Shown here: one piece after another, positions 58,602 through 64,000 of the stretch
Numbering within the stretch: position 1 is the first letter of the stretch
Layout: each line of letters opens with the position of its first letter
Assembly (NCBI GenBank): GCA_041725915.1
Contig: JBGRPZ010000002.1
Span: forward strand, 8,593 to 72,592
Length of the DNA stretch: 64,000 nt
From: Hyphomicrobiales bacterium
GTDB lineage: Bacteria > Bacteroidota > Bacteroidia > Bacteroidales > JBGRPZ01
Direction of reading: 5' to 3'
Notes under the pieces: model-generated
What the model was told of the DNA's origin: nothing
What the model saw: only the letters and a program-made list of their open reading frames with translations
Databases searched by the model: none
Translations under genes and position numbers: made by a program

Positions 58602-60632
58602 TTAATGGACGATTAATACCTTTTGAGTCATTTCATATTTTCCGCTACTAAAATGAATGAAATAAGCTCCTTGAGGCAAATGATCGCCATCGCTGTTGGT
58701 TGCATTCCAATAAATCTTATGATCGCCTGAATTCAATGTTTTATCAACTATTATACCAATCTTTCTGCCACTTATATCATAAAGGGTCAGTTTCACTTTT
58801 TGAGGTTGGTTAATATTTAAGTAAATATAAGCATCTTTTGATACAGGATTAGGATAAACACTAAAATTAGTTTCCTTCATAAGGTCATTAGCCTGAGAAA
58901 TAACTGTCTTATTGATCTTCAAACGAGAATAGAAGCTATTGTTTGTAGATGTTCTAAATTCAATGCTATCAATTAGATAATCATCTCTTAATTCATTATA
59001 AGGATTTACTTCTATAGTAAATTGAAGCTTATCATTATGATCTAATCTTAGAGGTAATTTAGGTCTGTCTTTTATCTTCCAATAATCTTGATCCTCTTCT
59101 ATATAATTAATTATAACAGGATCAGAAGTATTATTTGTAAGAGTGACATCTTGGCTTATTTGATTTTTATCAAAAGTTGAAATACTAGGAGTGAAGTTAA
59201 TGATATCAGTCAAATAAGGAACAACGGTAAAGACGTGAGGATCACTAGCCCCAATATAAGGAGATTTTATTCTTCTGTTTGATTCATCAGCTGCATATAA
59301 ATAATACTCAACTTCATCACCGACCATTGCATTCAATTGTGTAGTATATTTATCACCACTCACATAGGTCATTGTCTTATTCATCCATGCTCCATCATTG
59401 ATACGATAATAAATTTTCACAGAATCAGAATATATGTCCTCTCCGCTATAGGCTATTATATCCGTATTTATAGAAAAGTTATCCGCAAACTTTACTTCTC
59501 CCTGAAGAGGAATATGAGAAATATATAACATTCCAAGATCTGGAATTCCTCTTGTACGACAATGAAGTGCATCTGTATTCATCCATGACGAATATGTAAT
59601 ACCTTGAATGGTATATCCTGGCATTGCTTCCTGATACTTTAATAGAGCAGCATTATCGTTAGGATTACCTGATATAGGAACAAAAACATGATCATTAACA
59701 ATCAAACTGTTTGTATATGCAGTAATTGCCTGTCCTCCAGCAGTAAATACTCTATATACTTCGTAAGGCTTTCCATAAGAACTATTATGTGTCTTAAAGT
59801 AATTTGCAGCAGCCTCATAAGCAGCATATCTTGAATCAGATTCTGCAACTTCAGCAATCATAACCTTATCAACATCAAGAAACTTTCCCCAACAATCTAT
59901 ATGCTTAATATAATCACCAAGAGGATCATCTATTATCATATGATCACTAATACCAAGATAGTCAAGATGCTTTTGTGCTATTTGTGCATGAGTCTTATTA
60001 GAATTCTCTTCCCAGACTAATTCTGTTTGGGCTGCTTTACCATAACCATCACACATATAATTACCACCCGTTTGCGTAACATTCATTCCATAAACAGGAA
60101 CATTTAGATGTGTTCCCATAGCAATAGGTACATCATTATCATAAGGTCGAGGTCTATTATAAGGGAAGTTACAAATACCAGGATTTCTATTTCCGTCGAA
60201 AAAGAACCATGGGCCGTAATCTCTTATCCAAAAAGAATCTGTTCTTATATCTGCAAACTCTATATTGTCCATATTAACACCTGCAGCCTGATATGTCGAT
60301 GTTATAGAACTTATTTCATATGCTCTACAAAGAGTCGTCACAGGTACAACTTCAGCCATTTGCTTTACTAGCTCAACTGGAATACGAAAAGGGTATCTCA
60401 CTAATACTCCTTGCATTTGTTCAAATTCAGCACATTGTCTTATAGGTCCTGTAGGAGGGTCAGTTTCTGTAAAAGCTCTTGTCTCTTTAAAAGGAGCTTT
60501 CATTTCTTCCTTTGAAAGATAATGATATCTTTCCCAATTATTTAGATCCTTTTTTGTTTGGCTATAAGAATCCGTAGAACAAAATATTGAACAAGTCAAA
60601 AGTCCAATAAATAAATAGTAATATACTTTCAT
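58602..60632 (-). CDS. Secreted agmatine deiminase / Porphyromonas-type peptidyl-arginine deiminase family protein with a T9SS C-terminal domain
   Basis: 676 aa with a signal peptide. FWIRDYGPWFF and TDALHCRT (catalytic Cys region) are typical of the guanidino-modifying PAD_porph fold. The C-terminus (FSVYPNPVSKDAYIYLN...GAYFIHFSSG...KVLIVH) is Por-tail-like. Confidence 0.8.
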   Translation of the reverse strand: MKVYYYLFIGLLTCSIFCSTDSYSQTKKDLNNWERYHYLSKEEMKAPFKETRAFTETDPPTGPIRQCAEFEQMQGVLVRYPFRIPVELVKQMAEVVPVTTLCRAYEISSITSTYQAAGVNMDNIEFADIRTDSFWIRDYGPWFFFDGNRNPGICNFPYNRPRPYDNDVPIAMGTHLNVPVYGMNVTQTGGNYMCDGYGKAAQTELVWEENSNKTHAQIAQKHLDYLGISDHMIIDDPLGDYIKHIDCWGKFLDVDKVMIAEVAESDSRYAAYEAAANYFKTHNSSYGKPYEVYRVFTAGGQAITAYTNSLIVNDHVFVPISGNPNDNAALLKYQEAMPGYTIQGITYSSWMNTDALHCRTRGIPDLGMLYISHIPLQGEVKFADNFSINTDIIAYSGEDIYSDSVKIYYRINDGAWMNKTMTYVSGDKYTTQLNAMVGDEVEYYLYAADESNRRIKSPYIGASDPHVFTVVPYLTDIINFTPSISTFDKNQISQDVTLTNNTSDPVIINYIEEDQDYWKIKDRPKLPLRLDHNDKLQFTIEVNPYNELRDDYLIDSIEFRTSTNNSFYSRLKINKTVISQANDLMKETNFSVYPNPVSKDAYIYLNINQPQKVKLTLYDISGRKIGIIVDKTLNSGDHKIYWNATNSDGDHLPQGAYFIHFSSGKYEMTQKVLIVH

Positions 60633-61042
60633 AATAGTTAATTATAAGTTAGAAATCATTAAGCAACTTATTACTTAATTTATATTTCTTCAATAAGGGA
60701 ATAGAACACAACCTATTTTTATTTAAAAATATAGTTCGTTTTTATATTTTATGTATATAAATTACAAATGGTAACAATTTGTAATTTAATTTTTTATGAA
60801 AGTTGTAGGAGATATTATCAATTGTACGATCTAAATAAAAGGCATATTTTCACTATAGCTCATAAGCCCACCCATTATACAGCATATATCACATATATCT
60901 CCTGTCAGATATTTAAATAATAAAACATTTGGACAAAGTGATTGCCTCAATAAATAAAAATACATGCATTAATTTCTTCGTTGGATATATTGACTATTTT
61001 TGTTTGACGTAATAGCAGGAGGAATCTTATAACTTATAAAGC

Positions 61043-62854
61043 ATGGCTAGAAGGGATTTTGCACAAAGGCAATATATCATTATCTTTATTTTTATTCTAT
61101 TTGGGGTTGTTTTTATTGCTAAACTATTTTTCTTGCAGATTCTGGATAATACCTATAAACTTTCTGCTAATAATGCTATCAGATCAACAGTTCAATACCC
61201 ACTTAGAGGACTTATATATGATAGGAATGGGAAGCTTCTGGTATATAATGAAGCTGCTTATGATTTGATGGTAATACCAAGACAAGTAAAAGATATAGAT
61301 ACAAATAAGTTTTGCCAGTTACTCAAAATAGATACAGATGATTATATAAGGAGAATGCAAAAAGCCATAAAGTTTGCTTCATATAAATCAAGTATCTTCA
61401 TCTCTCAAATCTCACGAGAGGATTATGCCTATATCGCTGAAAACTTATATAAATATCCGGGTTTCTTTGTACAGACAAGAACACTAAGAAAATACCCTGT
61501 CCCTATTGCTGCTCACACCTTTGGATATATTGGCGAAGTCAACAAGAATGAAATAAATAGAGATCATTACTACAGACCCGGGGATTATATCGGCAAAAGT
61601 GGCTTGGAAAAGTATTATGAACACGATCTCAGGGGGCAAAAAGGTAAAAAATATGTAAGAGTAGATGTTCTTAACAGAAAAAAAGGCTCTTATAAAGAAG
61701 GTAAATATGATACAATTGCCAAACGTGGTAGCAACTTAACAATCTCTATAGATTCGAAGATCCAACAATATGCTGAACAGCTTATGCAAAATAAAATTGG
61801 TAGTATTGTTGCTATTGAACCTTCTTCAGGGGAAATCCTCGCTTTTGTTACCAGTCCTTCTTATGATCCTAATTTGTTGGTAGGTAGAATTAGAGGTAAA
61901 AACTATGGTATGCTACAGAATGACTCATTAAAGCCACTTATGAATAGGGCTGTTATGGGTGAATATGCTCCCGGTTCTACTTTCAAGATGATTACTGGGT
62001 TAATAGGACTTCAGGAAGGAGCTGTCACAGAGAGAACTTACTTCAATTGTGAGGGAACTGCATCAAAGCCCATGAGATGCTCACATAACCATGTATCTCC
62101 TATTGCCTTTAGAGGAGCTATTCAACAAAGTTGTAATCCTTATTTCTTACAAACCTTTAAAAGCACATTGTCACTACCAAAATATAAGACAAATAGAGAA
62201 GCTTATGTAAGTTGGTACAATCATGTAAGATCTTTTGGCCTTGGTCAAAAGTTTAATACTGATATCCCTTTTGAACTACCAGGAAACGTGCCTAAACAAT
62301 CTCTTTATGATAAGATCTATAAAAAGAGATGGAATGCTCTTACTGTACGTTCTCTATCGATTGGGCAAGGTGAGCTTGAAGTTACTCCCTTGCAGCTTGC
62401 CAATTTAGCTGTAATATTCGGAAATAAAGGTTCTTATTATCCTCCTCACTTTATTAAAAAGATTGATGATAAGAAGATTGAAAACAGATGGGAAATGAAA
62501 CATACTTCGATAGACTCTTCTTATTATGATATTATAGTAGAGGCTATGGAGGAAGTGTTTGAAGGTGCGCACGGAACAGCAAGATATTATAAAGTTCCCG
62601 GTATTATAGCTGGAGGAAAAACAGGAACTGTACAGAATAATAGAGGTAAAGATCATAGTGTTTTCCTTGCTTTTGCTCCTTCTGTAAAGCCTAAAATCGC
62701 TATCTCTGTAATTATCGAAAATGGAGGATTTGGAACAAGATGGGCTGCTCCTATTGCTAGTTTAATCATGGAAAAGTATTTTCATGGGGAAGTGAAAAGA
62801 AAAAAATTAGAAGAAAGAATGTTGAACGGAGATTTAATTCATAAAAAGAAATAA
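61043..62854 (+). CDS. mrdA: Penicillin-binding protein 2 (elongasome transpeptidase)
   Basis: 603 aa with an N-terminal TM, and the SxxK (STFK), SxN (SCN) and KTGT motifs. Confidence 0.9.
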   Translation: MARRDFAQRQYIIIFIFILFGVVFIAKLFFLQILDNTYKLSANNAIRSTVQYPLRGLIYDRNGKLLVYNEAAYDLMVIPRQVKDIDTNKFCQLLKIDTDDYIRRMQKAIKFASYKSSIFISQISREDYAYIAENLYKYPGFFVQTRTLRKYPVPIAAHTFGYIGEVNKNEINRDHYYRPGDYIGKSGLEKYYEHDLRGQKGKKYVRVDVLNRKKGSYKEGKYDTIAKRGSNLTISIDSKIQQYAEQLMQNKIGSIVAIEPSSGEILAFVTSPSYDPNLLVGRIRGKNYGMLQNDSLKPLMNRAVMGEYAPGSTFKMITGLIGLQEGAVTERTYFNCEGTASKPMRCSHNHVSPIAFRGAIQQSCNPYFLQTFKSTLSLPKYKTNREAYVSWYNHVRSFGLGQKFNTDIPFELPGNVPKQSLYDKIYKKRWNALTVRSLSIGQGELEVTPLQLANLAVIFGNKGSYYPPHFIKKIDDKKIENRWEMKHTSIDSSYYDIIVEAMEEVFEGAHGTARYYKVPGIIAGGKTGTVQNNRGKDHSVFLAFAPSVKPKIAISVIIENGGFGTRWAAPIASLIMEKYFHGEVKRKKLEERMLNGDLIHKKK

Positions 62855-62866
62855 AGGAATCATAAA

Positions 62867-64000
62867 TTGAGAAACAAGAGTATACTATCCAGACCTGACG
62901 GAATAACAATTATTCTAACACTACTACTAATGTTTATTGGTTGGATAAACATTTATGCTGCTGTATATGATGAAGCCCACAGTAGCATATTCGACTTATC
63001 ACAAAGGTATGGCAAACAGCTACTTTGGATTGTAGCTTCATGCGGCTTGGGTATTATCATTTTAATGCTGGATACAAAGTTTGTTCCTGCTTTTTCTTTT
63101 ATTATCTACTTTATAACTCTACTATCTTTAGTAGGAGTACTCCTCTTTGGGTCAACTATTGCGGGTGCTAAATCCTGGTTTAAAATCGGGTCTTTTGCTA
63201 TTCAACCTGCTGAGTTTGCAAAGTTTGCTACATGCTTGGCTCTGGCGAGATATCTATCGCAAACGAATATTGATCTATCAAGATTAAAGCATATTGCTTC
63301 TGCTGCTCTGATTATCTTGCTTCCTTCAATATTGATCCTATTACAGAATGATACAGGTTCTGCACTTGTATACTTTTCATTGGTATTTGCCTTTTACAGA
63401 GAGGGTCTTTCTGGTTATATATTATTCCTTGTTGTAATTGCTGTTTCTCTGTTTATTGCAACTCTACTTATGTCTGAATTTATTATCATTGGTATTATTG
63501 CAGGTATTTGTGCTGTTATATATTACTATACCAGAAAAAGAGCTGGTTCTTTAAAGATCATTCTATCCGTTTTCATCATCTCATCGCTTTATATAACAAG
63601 TGTTGATTATGCTTTTAACAAAATACTAGAACCTCACCAGAAAAAAAGAATTAATGTTCTTATCGGCAAAGAAACTGATATCAGAGGTGCTGGATATAAT
63701 GTATATCAGTCAAAGACAGCTATAGGATCTGGTGGATTCTCTGGAAAAGGCTTTTTACAAGGAACACGTACAAAGGGTGATTTTGTCCCTGAGCAAAGTA
63801 CTGATTTTATATTCTGTACTATAGGTGAAGAATGGGGCTTTGTTGGTACTTCTGTTACAATTATATTGTTTCTATTGCTCTTTGCCAGACTGTTATTGCT
63901 TGCTGAACGGCAAAGGTCTAATTTCAGTAGGATATATGGATATGGTGTAACTTCTATTCTCTTTTTCCATTTTGCTATAAATATTGGTATGACCATAGGT
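62867..64000 (+). CDS. rodA: Rod shape-determining protein RodA (SEDS family), 3' end outside the window
   Basis: Not in the ORF track. The frame is open from the TTG at 62867 (13 nt after the mrdA stop codon) to the window end. Translation is LRNKSILSRPDGITIILTLLLMFIGWINIYAAVY...GYGVTSILFFHFAINIGMTIG, typical of RodA/FtsW. Confidence 0.85.
   Translation, partial: MRNKSILSRPDGITIILTLLLMFIGWINIYAAVYDEAHSSIFDLSQRYGKQLLWIVASCGLGIIILMLDTKFVPAFSFIIYFITLLSLVGVLLFGSTIAGAKSWFKIGSFAIQPAEFAKFATCLALARYLSQTNIDLSRLKHIASAALIILLPSILILLQNDTGSALVYFSLVFAFYREGLSGYILFLVVIAVSLFIATLLMSEFIIIGIIAGICAVIYYYTRKRAGSLKIILSVFIISSLYITSVDYAFNKILEPHQKKRINVLIGKETDIRGAGYNVYQSKTAIGSGGFSGKGFLQGTRTKGDFVPEQSTDFIFCTIGEEWGFVGTSVTIILFLLLFARLLLLAERQRSNFSRIYGYGVTSILFFHFAINIGMTIG

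Noticed and set aside
63706-63996. 96-aa minus-strand ORF at the window end
   Set aside because: It is antisense to a clearly RodA-like open frame (62867-64000) that the ORF track omits because it has no stop codon in the window.

Overview
AT-rich chromosomal segment that looks like Bacteroidota. Supporting signs are three proteins with T9SS-type C-terminal sorting domains, TAnnTTTG -7 promoter boxes, and the coaX / OM-barrel / TPR / lptC / CNNM-CBS gene string. About 40 credible CDS are present. Most are housekeeping: an EF-G paralog, mnmA, ybeY, mnmG, nhaA, lysS, glnS, coaX, mrdA, rodA, tRNA-Phe and tRNA-Asn. There is also a citDEF citrate lyase operon, an Fe-alcohol dehydrogenase with a divergent AraC regulator, and a run of secreted or lipoprotein peptidases. 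Non-housekeeping content worth a second look: (1) A radical-SAM/SPASM RiPP locus at 11.0-16.7 kb, with a Cys-rich precursor, a decayed second precursor, a pseudo-rSAM partner and an FtsX-type permease. (2) A two-gene toxin-antitoxin-like cassette at 17.3-18.4 kb, pairing a Panacea/SocA-like antitoxin with a MazF-like partner. It is bracketed by two identical 35-nt copies of a terminator hairpin and lies between convergent core genes. (3) An apparently intact cobalamin riboswitch at about 51.36-51.52 kb inside a 1.2-kb ORF-free gap. It is followed only by a 24-codon ORF and a strong terminator. (4) Four copies of the palindrome GTTTCAC(A/G)TGAAAC at gene junctions between 23.8 and 30.5 kb, each with a start codon at its centre. 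(5) Several arrays of 3-4 direct repeats phased at about 21 nt, including a perfect 4 x 17 bp array. (6) A decayed tandem duplication of the adh-araC unit. All calls come from reading the sequence and ORF translations and from remembered family signatures. No database search was run, and hand-counted coordinates of small elements may be off by 1-2 nt.
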